From: a virus
Direction: 5' to 3' (one strand)
Length of the DNA stretch: 64,000 bases
IMG/VR virus record: IMGVR_UViG_3300034104_004920
Span: 33,278-97,277 of that record
Shown: positions 10,468 through 18,611 of the stretch, piece after piece
Numbering within the stretch: position 1 is the first letter of the stretch
Layout of the letters: each line of letters starts with the position of its first letter
The notes under the pieces: generated by a model
Seen by the model: only the letters and a program-made list of their open reading frames with translations
Told to the model about the DNA's origin: nothing
Database searches by the model: none
Program-made: the position numbers and the translations under genes

Positions 10468-11241
10468 ATGGTAAAAGATATCGTTATTGTAACTGGTGGA
10501 TTTGATCCAATACATTCAGGACATATTGCTTATATTCAGGATGCTTCTACCTACGGAAAAGTAGTTGTTGGTGTTAATAGCGACAATTGGCTTGTACGAA
10601 AAAAAGGTAAAGTATTTATGCCGTTTCAAGAGCGTGCAGCTGTAGTACAGAGTATGAGAAATGTTATGTCTGTTATTGACTTCGATGACTCAGACAATTC
10701 AGCCTGTGATGCTATTAACAAAGTACGAAAAATGTACCCACATAACAAAATATTATTTGTGAATGGTGGTGATCGCACAGCAGAAAATATTCCTGAAATG
10801 CGCGTTAATGATACCAATTTAGAATTTATATTTGGAGTTGGTGGTACAAACAAGTTGAATAGTAGCAGCTGGATACTTAAAGAATGGCAAAAGCCTTTAA
10901 AGTTTTCAAAGCCTTGGGGTTACTACACTGTTTTAGACGAAACTAATGCGCATGTAAAAGTAAAAAAATTACATGTTATTCCAAAAGCATCTCTTAGTAT
11001 GCAGAGACATTTTAAAAGAAATGAACTTTGGTTTGTAGCAAACGGAGTAGCGTCGCTAGAACTTTTAGACCAAGATAAAAATAAATATACTCTAACATAC
11101 AATAAGTATGACCGTATAGATATTCCTTTAAACAGTTGGCATAGACTGCATAATGAATCAGAGGATATATTAGAAGTAATAGAAGTACAATACGGCTTGG
11201 AATGTTCCGAGGAGGATATAGAACGAATCTATGCTTTATAA
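10468..11241 (+). CDS. cytidylyltransferase-like (HxGH) domain fused to a mannose-6-phosphate isomerase type II-like cupin
   Basis: TGGFDPIHSGH, VGVNSD, NGGDR; C-terminal KPWGYY...LSMQRHFKRNELW...HRL...IEVQYG...EEDIER. Confidence 0.85.
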   Translation: MVKDIVIVTGGFDPIHSGHIAYIQDASTYGKVVVGVNSDNWLVRKKGKVFMPFQERAAVVQSMRNVMSVIDFDDSDNSACDAINKVRKMYPHNKILFVNGGDRTAENIPEMRVNDTNLEFIFGVGGTNKLNSSSWILKEWQKPLKFSKPWGYYTVLDETNAHVKVKKLHVIPKASLSMQRHFKRNELWFVANGVASLELLDQDKNKYTLTYNKYDRIDIPLNSWHRLHNESEDILEVIEVQYGLECSEEDIERIYAL

Positions 11242-11257
11242 ATAAAGGAGTCCCAAT

Positions 11258-11722
11258 ATGGACCCTATTACTGCAATAGCTATGGCGAGTACTGCATTGG
11301 GTACAATTAAAAGCGCTATTAACACTGGAAAGGAAATTCACGAAGTAACCAGTGAAATAGGCAAATTTTTTGGAGCCGTAACAACCGCAAGGAGTATTCC
11401 AAAAAAGAAAAAGTCTGTTTTTAAAAAGTTATTGGATAGAGGGTCCGTAGAGCAAGAAGCTCTGGAAACAATTGTCAATCAGAAAAAGCTGGAGCAGATG
11501 GAGTCTGAACTACGCGAGTTAATCGTGTATACTTATGGTGTAGAAACCTACAGAGACATGATTATCTTGCGTAGAAAGATAAAACTGGACAGAGAGTTAG
11601 AAGAAAAGAAAGAGCTTTTGAAAAGAAAAGAACTGTTTGAAAACTATATTTATGCAGCCACCATACTTGGATGCGTAGGGGTAATAGCTTGGATAACAAT
11701 CGTAATACTACAAAATATATAA
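11258..11722 (+). CDS. hypothetical membrane-anchored coiled-coil protein
   Basis: AGGAG RBS; C-terminal TM helix. Confidence 0.6.
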   Translation: MDPITAIAMASTALGTIKSAINTGKEIHEVTSEIGKFFGAVTTARSIPKKKKSVFKKLLDRGSVEQEALETIVNQKKLEQMESELRELIVYTYGVETYRDMIILRRKIKLDRELEEKKELLKRKELFENYIYAATILGCVGVIAWITIVILQNI

Positions 11723-11726
11723 AATC

Positions 11727-12194
11727 ATGGAACAAGTATTGTGGATTTTAGGGTTCTTGCCCAAAGCTTTCTGGTTTCTTTTGTTGATAATCTCTTTTTT
11801 AGTGTTGTTATTGAATAGGCTTTTAAATAAAATTCCAGGATTTTATTTGTACAGTGGTTACATAAAAACCGCCTCCGTAATAGCACTGATTGTTTCATCT
11901 TGGTTTATTGGGTACAACTACAATGAAACCAAATGGCAAACAGAAATACAGCAAACAAAACAAAAGATAGAAGTACTGGAACAAAAGAATAAAGACTTGA
12001 GTAACACACTAGAAACCCGTTCTCAAGAAAAGATTGTTGAAATACAAGAAAAAACAAGAAACGTAATAAAGTTTGTAGAAAAGCAAGTGTTCCAAGACAA
12101 AGAAGTAATTAAGTATGTAGAAAGTTGTCCAAAACTGCCAGATGCTGTATTAGAAGCACATAATAGAGCAGCTCACTTGGAGAAGCAAAAATGA
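11727..12194 (+). CDS. putative i-spanin (Rz-like)
   Basis: N-terminal TMs, periplasmic coiled coil, C-terminal Cys; overlaps a lipoprotein gene; next to endolysin. Confidence 0.65.
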   Translation: MEQVLWILGFLPKAFWFLLLIISFLVLLLNRLLNKIPGFYLYSGYIKTASVIALIVSSWFIGYNYNETKWQTEIQQTKQKIEVLEQKNKDLSNTLETRSQEKIVEIQEKTRNVIKFVEKQVFQDKEVIKYVESCPKLPDAVLEAHNRAAHLEKQK

Positions 12195-12448
12195 AAATTT
12201 TTGTAGGTTTAGTACTGAGTTTGTTATTAACCGGCTGTTGGAAAACTATTCCCACTTTTCCAACACCTCCGCCTTCAGCCATGGAAAGTTGCCCCGTTTT
12301 AGAAAAAGCAAATGACGCAGATTTAGAGTCTTTTATTAAAACAGTAATAAAAAACTATGAGTCTTATTATTTGTGTAAAAATAAAACAGATACTTGGATA
12401 AAGTGGTATAGTGATACTTCAAAAAACTATAAGGAATCTATTAAATGA
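12191..12448 (+). CDS. putative o-spanin (Rz1-like lipoprotein)
   Basis: lipobox LLLTGC, Pro-rich linker, two further Cys. Confidence 0.75.
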   Translation: MKIFVGLVLSLLLTGCWKTIPTFPTPPPSAMESCPVLEKANDADLESFIKTVIKNYESYYLCKNKTDTWIKWYSDTSKNYKESIK

Positions 12449-13056
12449 TTTCAGAAGATAAATTAAAGGAATTGATTCCTAAAAACAAATATGTCCCTCA
12501 GTGGTCAAAAGCTTTGAATTTAATACTTCCAGACTATGAGATTAATAGTACACTGAGAATTGCTGCATTTTTAGCACAGTGTATTCATGAAAGTGGTGGT
12601 TTTATTTTCTTAACAGAAAACCTAAACTACAAGGCTGAAAGTTTAATGAGAGTATGGCCACGTCATTTCCCTACTTTAGAAATTGCAAAAAGCTATGAGC
12701 GTAATCCACAAAAGATTGCAAATAAGGCGTACGCAAACAGAATGGGTAATGGGGATGAAAACAGTGGCGACGGTTGGCGATACTGCGGACGCGGGTTAAT
12801 TCAATTAACTGGTAAATCAAACTATCAAGCATTTGCAGACTCAATTGAAACATCACTACAAGATATTCCAGAATACCTTCAGACATTCGAAGGGGCGGTT
12901 CAAAGTGCTTGCTGGTTCTGGGAAACAAATAACTTGAATGTGTTAGCTGACAAAAAAGATATTTTGGGATTAACTAAAAAGATCAATGGCGGAACTATTG
13001 GACTAGATGATAGAATAAAACACTACGAACATGCACTCCATGTTTTAGGAGGCTAA
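12445..13056 (+). CDS. endolysin, glycoside hydrolase family 19
   Basis: AAFLAQCIHESGG, ENLNY, GRGLIQLTG, SACWFW, INGGTIGLDDR. Confidence 0.92.
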   Translation: MISEDKLKELIPKNKYVPQWSKALNLILPDYEINSTLRIAAFLAQCIHESGGFIFLTENLNYKAESLMRVWPRHFPTLEIAKSYERNPQKIANKAYANRMGNGDENSGDGWRYCGRGLIQLTGKSNYQAFADSIETSLQDIPEYLQTFEGAVQSACWFWETNNLNVLADKKDILGLTKKINGGTIGLDDRIKHYEHALHVLGG

Positions 13057-13058
13057 TA

Positions 13059-13358
13059 ATGTTAAATGACAAAAAATTGTTTTTGGGATTATTGGCACTA
13101 TTAATAATTCCTATCACGGCATCCTTTATAATGTTTGGAAAAGATCATTTTAGATATCAATGTCAGGATCCAAAAAATTGGAGCTCAGAACAGTGTAAGC
13201 CGCCTATATGTGATGTTACGCGCTCTTGCCCAGAACACGTATTTAAAGGTCAAAGAGATCCGCGATTAGGGCCACCACCACCAGCCGTATTTACCGCACA
13301 GCCCCCAAGCTGTCCTAGTAGTTGTGTTGCAGGAGCACAAGATGGAAAACAAAAATAA
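13059..13358 (+). CDS. lysis-region membrane protein with Cys-rich periplasmic domain
   Basis: TM helix then FRYQCQDP..W...CKPPIC....CP. Confidence 0.55.
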   Translation: MLNDKKLFLGLLALLIIPITASFIMFGKDHFRYQCQDPKNWSSEQCKPPICDVTRSCPEHVFKGQRDPRLGPPPPAVFTAQPPSCPSSCVAGAQDGKQK

Positions 13359-13758
13359 TTTTATGTACACAGAAGAACAACTCATGGCAAGATTAAAGTT
13401 TTTTATAGGTGTATGTCTTGCACTAACACTGTTCGGAATTGTGTTTGTGGTACTGTACAGCATTATATTTGTTGCTCAACCATTGAATGCAATAAGTCCA
13501 ATAGATCAAAAGTTCTTTGAATTGATTGTTCCTATCGCAACTTTTTTGACTGGTACATTGAGCGGTATTATGTTGGCTGGTAATAAAAAAGAAGATCAAG
13601 AAGCAATGTTGAGTGCTCAAAAACTGGCAAACGACAACTTTGCAGAAACAAAAAAGACTATTGCACGAGTTCATGAAGAAAAAAAGGAACCGGCTTTAGG
13701 TCTTCCACAACCACAAGTGTTAAAAGCCCCAGTTCAACCACCACATCCGGAGATTTAA
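13342..13758 (+). CDS. putative holin (2 TM)
   Basis: two hydrophobic helices, charged C-terminus, lysis cluster. Confidence 0.5.
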   Translation: MENKNNFMYTEEQLMARLKFFIGVCLALTLFGIVFVVLYSIIFVAQPLNAISPIDQKFFELIVPIATFLTGTLSGIMLAGNKKEDQEAMLSAQKLANDNFAETKKTIARVHEEKKEPALGLPQPQVLKAPVQPPHPEI

Positions 13759-13759
13759 A

Positions 13760-13957
13760 ATGAAAAAAGTTTTTGCACTGTTAGTTTCCTTTAGTTTGTT
13801 GATGCCGGTATATGCGGCAGAAACAAAAGAAGTATGCAAGCCCAAGATGACAAAAGATAACAAAGAGGTTTTGGATAAAAATAAGAAACCTGTTATGGAC
13901 TGCAAAAAAATAAAAGTTCATAAAAAGCATGAAGGAACTCCTGTACCTTCAAAATAA
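13760..13957 (+). CDS. small secreted basic protein
   Basis: signal peptide (VYA-A), two Cys, Lys-rich. Confidence 0.55.
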   Translation: MKKVFALLVSFSLLMPVYAAETKEVCKPKMTKDNKEVLDKNKKPVMDCKKIKVHKKHEGTPVPSK

Positions 13958-13980
13958 TCTTTAACTAACCAAGGAATAGC

Positions 13981-14667
13981 ATGGCAGTATCAAGTGGTAA
14001 AAAAGCTAGAAAAGCTCATAACTCGGAAGACTCTTTTTTTGCAACAGAATTTAAAGAAGTCAAACCACTTAATTATATCCAAGAAACATATTTAGATGCT
14101 ATAAAACATAACGATATAGTGTTTGGTGTAGGTAGTGCAGGTACTGGCAAAACCTACATTGCTGCAAATTACGCAGCACATGAACTGTATCACAGAAACA
14201 TAGAAAAAGTAATACTAACACGTCCAAATATTGAAACTGGCAAAGGTCTTGGATTTTTGCCGGGTACATTGGAGGAAAAATATCAGCCGTACTTAGAACC
14301 ATTTGATTCAATATTTTCTAGATCTCTTGGCAAAGGATTTTATGAATACTGCTTGAAGAACAAAAGCATTGAGCCGCGTCCATTAGGCTTTATGAGAGGC
14401 ACTACGTTTGAAAACTGTGTTGTTTTAGTCGACGAGGCTCAAAACTGCACAAAGACCGAACTAAAAATGCTATTGACAAGAGCTGGTAGAAATTGTAAAA
14501 TAATAGTTTCAGGAGACACCGATCAGTGTGATATTGAAAACAGTGGTCTGCAAGACGCAGTAAACCGCCTGAGTCACATAGAAGGAATAGAAGTAGTTCG
14601 CTTCTTAGACTCTGACATTGTTCGTAGCAGACTTTGTAAGAATATAATTATGGCTTATAGGAATTAA
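13981..14667 (+). CDS. phoH: PhoH-like ATPase
   Basis: GSAGTGKT, GLGFLPGTLEEK, MRGTTF, DEAQN, GDTDQCD, DIVRS. Confidence 0.95.
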   Translation: MAVSSGKKARKAHNSEDSFFATEFKEVKPLNYIQETYLDAIKHNDIVFGVGSAGTGKTYIAANYAAHELYHRNIEKVILTRPNIETGKGLGFLPGTLEEKYQPYLEPFDSIFSRSLGKGFYEYCLKNKSIEPRPLGFMRGTTFENCVVLVDEAQNCTKTELKMLLTRAGRNCKIIVSGDTDQCDIENSGLQDAVNRLSHIEGIEVVRFLDSDIVRSRLCKNIIMAYRN

Positions 14668-14668
14668 A

Positions 14669-15439
14669 ATGGAAGAACTAAAAAGTTGCCCTGTTGGTAC
14701 ACTGTACTCAGAGGTAAATCTACAAAATCATATTTTTGCGTTAGAACTTGGTGAGTACGGACCAGCAGACCCTCGTCAGCCCAATACAGAGTTTTGGCAA
14801 AACAAAATGAAAATCTGGGACGTAAATGAGGGCACCGCAATAATGAGAGTTTGCACCAGCTGTCATTTTGCAGATAAAACTGCAGAAATGCAAGACTGCA
14901 TTATTGAAGGACCGGGCGGCGAGTTCAAAGAAAGCGATCTTCCATTGAACCCTGTTTGGGCAGAGATTGATGGATTACCGTACTACTACTGTACCAGATG
15001 GAACATGACAATCAATCCACTGCGTACATGCAACGGTTGGCAACCAGAAGACTGGGAGCCCGACGAAGACGAAGACGAGGAACACTCTAAAAACTACGTC
15101 GAAAAAGCACTTACTTACAAACCTACAACCGGAATGGCAAGTGCAGCGCGCAGAGCATTAAAGTGGAAAGACGAAGGTCAGCGTGGAGGTACACGAGTAG
15201 GATTGGCACGAGCTAATCAGCTTGTGCGCCGTGAAAACCTGAGTGAGAGTACTGTGTTACGTATGTATTCTTTCTTTAGTCGACACGCTGTTGACAAACA
15301 AGCAACAGGATTTAGTAGTGGCGAAGAAGGTTTTCCTAGCCCTGGCCGAGTTGCGTGGGACTTGTGGGGTGGTGACGCTGGCGAGAGTTGGAGCAAAGCC
15401 AAGCGTGATCAAATCATGAGAAGACGAGAAAGCAAGTAA
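14669..15439 (+). CDS. two-domain hypothetical protein
   Basis: Cys-containing N-domain, acidic linker, basic C-domain (GGTRVGLARANQL...RMYSFFSRH...AWDLWGG). Confidence 0.6.
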   Translation: MEELKSCPVGTLYSEVNLQNHIFALELGEYGPADPRQPNTEFWQNKMKIWDVNEGTAIMRVCTSCHFADKTAEMQDCIIEGPGGEFKESDLPLNPVWAEIDGLPYYYCTRWNMTINPLRTCNGWQPEDWEPDEDEDEEHSKNYVEKALTYKPTTGMASAARRALKWKDEGQRGGTRVGLARANQLVRRENLSESTVLRMYSFFSRHAVDKQATGFSSGEEGFPSPGRVAWDLWGGDAGESWSKAKRDQIMRRRESK

Positions 15440-15441
15440 AT

Positions 15442-15482
15442 AAAAAAGCCCGCTTAGTATTATCTAAGCGGGCTTTTTGTTT
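15442..15482. terminator. bidirectional intrinsic terminator
   Basis: aaaaaagcccgcttag / ctaagcgggcttttt between convergent gene blocks. Confidence 0.9.
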
Positions 15483-15691
15483 TAGTCGTCGTGTTCGTGA
15501 ACAAGGTGTTTGTAGTGTTTCATTGTTAACACAGCACCCTTCTTTTCTTCTGTTAAACGCACAATCTTTTCCATCAATTCGTGCAAGTCTTCGTCTGTTG
15601 CATCTGTTGCGTATTCCATAAGCCGTAGCAGCAGTGGAATATTTAGTTTAACAACATCTTCTGTATCCTGACGTACAATAAATAGCATCAT
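15482..15691 (-). CDS. hypothetical protein
   Basis: DVVKLNIPLLLRLMEYA...DLHELME motif; start moved to the ATG after the upstream gene. Confidence 0.55.
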   Translation of the reverse strand: MMLFIVRQDTEDVVKLNIPLLLRLMEYATDATDEDLHELMEKIVRLTEEKKGAVLTMKHYKHLVHEHDD

Positions 15692-15707
15692 GATATTCTG
15701 CTTTCCA

Positions 15708-16112
15708 TTAAACTGCGTTCCAATTTGTTCCATTAAATACTAATGTAACACTACCGTCTGTTGCTGCTAAAATTGTATAGCTTGCTGCATTTTCAATCGT
15801 TTCTGCTCCGTTTGGAACAATGGTGATGTCACTTGTTTGGCCGGCTTCTGATTTGATTACAACTGTTCTGCCGTTAGTGCCTGCAGTTAGGTTGATCGTA
15901 ACACCGCCTCCAGCCCCCTGCACGCCCAAATAATAATTTGGAGTAGTACCAGCACTGTCTAATGTATAGGGACTGGCTGCATCAGTAACTGTGTAAACAT
16001 TAACAGTGTCGTTTCCTACACCAGAAATAACACCGTTGGTTACACTGATATTTGTTCCAACTTTAACTACACCGTAGCCTGTAGTTGAGGCTAATGGACT
16101 ATTGAATGCCAT
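15708..16112 (-). CDS. beta-rich fibre-like protein (GVVKVG repeat + shared C-domain)
   Basis: STTGYGVVKVGTNISVTNGVIS; C-domain paralogous to 16130-16435 and 16994-17497. Confidence 0.6.
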   Translation of the reverse strand: MAFNSPLASTTGYGVVKVGTNISVTNGVISGVGNDTVNVYTVTDAASPYTLDSAGTTPNYYLGVQGAGGGVTINLTAGTNGRTVVIKSEAGQTSDITIVPNGAETIENAASYTILAATDGSVTLVFNGTNWNAV

Positions 16113-16129
16113 GATTTTTTCCTTTAAAG

Positions 16130-16435
16130 TTATCCTGCTATTGTTTTCCAGTTAATGCCGTCATATAATAACAACAATCGGCCGAATTGGGTGTTTATAA
16201 TAGCAAATGCTGCACCATCAATGGTCTTGCCACCAGGTGCTGTGATTGTAATTGGGTTGACTTTGGAATTGCCCGAAAAATCTTTAACGTAATAACTTCT
16301 GCCCTTTTTATCGCCAGAAACTGCTGGTAGTATTATGGACGAACTTGTGGCTACATTACTCAGTATTACCTCGTCATCGGTAGTGATGGTATAAGGAGTT
16401 GTGGTAATTATTTTGGTGTCATAATTTATGGCCAT
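16130..16435 (-). CDS. beta-rich small domain protein
   Basis: TPYTIT...ILPA...VKD.SG....NPITIT...TIDG...LLYDG.NW. Confidence 0.6.
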   Translation of the reverse strand: MAINYDTKIITTTPYTITTDDEVILSNVATSSSIILPAVSGDKKGRSYYVKDFSGNSKVNPITITAPGGKTIDGAAFAIINTQFGRLLLLYDGINWKTIAG

Positions 16436-16436
16436 T

Positions 16437-16997
16437 TTAGTCTATCCTTGTTACCGTGACTTTGGCAGCATAACCAGTTGGTCGTGTTGGATTAACCTGT
16501 GTAGCAATAGGAGAAAAACCGGTTGTTATATCAGGACTACTCCAGCACATTTGAATATTATCACCAGCTGCTAGTGCTAGTGTAAAATTACCACTTAAAA
16601 ATACAATAGATAACACGTTGGTTAGTTGTAGCTCTTGAGTACTACCAACCACATCTACACCGTTTTTTCTTAACCAAATACTAAGCGTTGCAGTTCCACC
16701 GCTGGTTTTTGTAGTGATCAAATCAAATATTTGAGTGTATGTTCCAGCATTGCTGACAACAATACTGTTGCCACCACCACCAATGCTAACACCATTTGAA
16801 GGACCCAAAGTATCAAAGGTCACGATGTTGATTGCATTAGCAACTGGATTGGACTGAGGTGTGCTGCTGTTAATAAAACCGTAATTGTTAGACCCTGCAG
16901 CTCCAGCACTGATTATTCCATTTGTTACACTTATGCCACTTCCTACTTTTACAACTCCATAGTCTGTGGCACTAGCTATATTCTGATTGTAGCTCAT
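16437..16997 (-). CDS. C1q/BclA C-terminal-like domain protein
   Basis: GVVKVG repeat, then V.FD...SNGV......IVV..AGTY...IWLRKNG.DV.GS...L.AGD.I. Confidence 0.55.
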   Translation of the reverse strand: MSYNQNIASATDYGVVKVGSGISVTNGIISAGAAGSNNYGFINSSTPQSNPVANAINIVTFDTLGPSNGVSIGGGGNSIVVSNAGTYTQIFDLITTKTSGGTATLSIWLRKNGVDVVGSTQELQLTNVLSIVFLSGNFTLALAAGDNIQMCWSSPDITTGFSPIATQVNPTRPTGYAAKVTVTRID

Positions 16998-17497
16998 ACC
17001 ACGTTCCATTCTATTCCGTTGTAGATTAAACTAATAGATCCCCAGTCTGTATTTAGAGTATAACTTGGTTGAATATCTATTGTTGAGGACGTTGCAGTTA
17101 TTGTAATAGGATTTGTATTTGCAGCTCCAACACTGTCTTTTATAACAAACACTTTGCCTAAAGTACCTGCAGGTAGGTTTATTGTAACTGCACCATCATA
17201 AATAACGCCTAAAAAGTATTCATCAACAGTGGCGTTGTATGTGGGGTCGTCTATTAAAGTAACAGGAACGTTTGCAAGTGTGCCTGGTGGACCCTGTGGA
17301 CCGGCCGGACCTTGCGGGCCAACTGGTCCTTGAGGACCAGGCGGGCCGGGCGGGCCTGGTTGACCAACAATACTACTGTTAATAAAAATATCAGAATCAT
17401 CAATCAGTGGTAGTGGAGGACACGGCAGCGGCATCAATGGAGGCGGGGGCAACATATACCAAGACGGCATAAATCCTTGACGTTGATTTTGTTGCAT
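16994..17497 (-). CDS. short collagen-like protein with Pro-rich N-terminus
   Basis: [28 protein letters not shown] followed by the shared beta domain. Confidence 0.75.
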   Translation of the reverse strand: MQQNQRQGFMPSWYMLPPPPLMPLPCPPLPLIDDSDIFINSSIVGQPGPPGPPGPQGPVGPQGPAGPQGPPGTLANVPVTLIDDPTYNATVDEYFLGVIYDGAVTINLPAGTLGKVFVIKDSVGAANTNPITITATSSTIDIQPSYTLNTDWGSISLIYNGIEWNVV

Positions 17498-17511
17498 AAT
17501 TATACCTACAA

Positions 17512-17550
17512 TAAAAAATCCCCCACAGATCGTGGCTGAGGGGGATTTTC
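17512..17550 (-). terminator. putative terminator/attenuator
   Basis: aaaatcccc...ggggatttt stem with U-run on - strand. Confidence 0.55.
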
Positions 17551-17558
17551 AACAAATA

Positions 17559-18446
17559 TTAGCGGATGTTAGTATTTGTGTTTGTTGGGTTGGCGGTTAG
17601 TGTGCCGCTTCCAACGTTGATTGCTTCGTTGTTTGAACGAATGTTTTGAGCTAGACCCCACAACACATTGTAGAGCTGACCCCACTGTTGCTGCTGCTGC
17701 TGCTGTTGCTGCATCTGGTTGATGTTGTTTGTTGTTGTAACTTCAACACCACGAGTTGCTGAGCTTGTGTCAAGCTTTGCCTGTAGAGCAATAACTGCTG
17801 CATTAGCATCACTTAGCTGGCGATTTAGCGTGGCCTCATACTGTTGTGTGATTAGAGCACGAGTCTTTTCTCCGTCACTACTAATATCTTTACTCAGCTC
17901 ATAACGGTTTTCCATTACTTGTTGCTGTAGACCATTTAATTGCTGGGCCAGTACCATTGTGCCAGAGCTAACATTGTCCTTTACGCCTTGGATGGCGATT
18001 AGATTAGCGCTCGTGGCCGCATTAACTGCATTAGTTAGTTGACCTGTTTGTGTAGCATTAGAGGTCTCCGTAGTAGCTGTACCAAGAGCAACTGAACGGT
18101 TTATATCGCCAAGTGCTTGCATGATACTCATATTGGCTTGACTCTGTTCAGGCGGGCTTCTTAGAGCTGCACCTTCTGCACCATTTCCGAAAAGATTTCC
18201 GTTGTTGCGTAGAAGGCTTCCGAGGATAAGACCGCCAATTAGTCCGCCTCCGCCAGCGCCGAAAAGACCGTCGCCACCACCGCCACCCATAATCATACTT
18301 GGAGTTAATACTTCTGCCATTTCATTTTCCTTTTCAGTAATTTTATCAGCCAGTTTCTTGTAATAACGCTTAGCTGATTCTTCTAATTTTCTTACATCTG
18401 CTGCTATGCTGTCCATAGTAGCAGGTACAACTGCTTCTTCTGCCAT
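17559..18446 (-). CDS. Gly-rich, Q/N-rich coiled-coil protein of unknown function
   Basis: GGGGGDGLFGAGGGGLIGGLILG segment, DGEKTRALI motif, polyQ; RBS AAGGAAGG before ATG 18446. Confidence 0.7.
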   Translation of the reverse strand: MAEEAVVPATMDSIAADVRKLEESAKRYYKKLADKITEKENEMAEVLTPSMIMGGGGGDGLFGAGGGGLIGGLILGSLLRNNGNLFGNGAEGAALRSPPEQSQANMSIMQALGDINRSVALGTATTETSNATQTGQLTNAVNAATSANLIAIQGVKDNVSSGTMVLAQQLNGLQQQVMENRYELSKDISSDGEKTRALITQQYEATLNRQLSDANAAVIALQAKLDTSSATRGVEVTTTNNINQMQQQQQQQQQWGQLYNVLWGLAQNIRSNNEAINVGSGTLTANPTNTNTNIR

Positions 18447-18525
18447 ATTTTCCTTCCTTTGTAAGTTTTGCAGGAAGTTCGTTTTGTTGATTTTTATATT
18501 TGTTATTTTACCACCAACTTTTAGT

Positions 18526-18554
18526 ATTATACTATTTTTGCTGGTAAAAAACAA
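18526..18554 (-). promoter_or_regulatory. sigma70-type promoter
   Basis: TTGTTT-17 nt-TATAAT. Confidence 0.65.
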
Positions 18555-18575
18555 TATGTAATTTTTTATGACAAT

Positions 18576-18610
18576 AAAAAAAGCCTGCTAAATTTTTAGC
18601 AGGCTTTTTT
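18576..18610 (-). terminator. intrinsic terminator
   Basis: aaaaaagcctgctaaa / tttagcaggctttttt directly after the RNR stop. Confidence 0.85.
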
Positions 18611-18611
18611 G

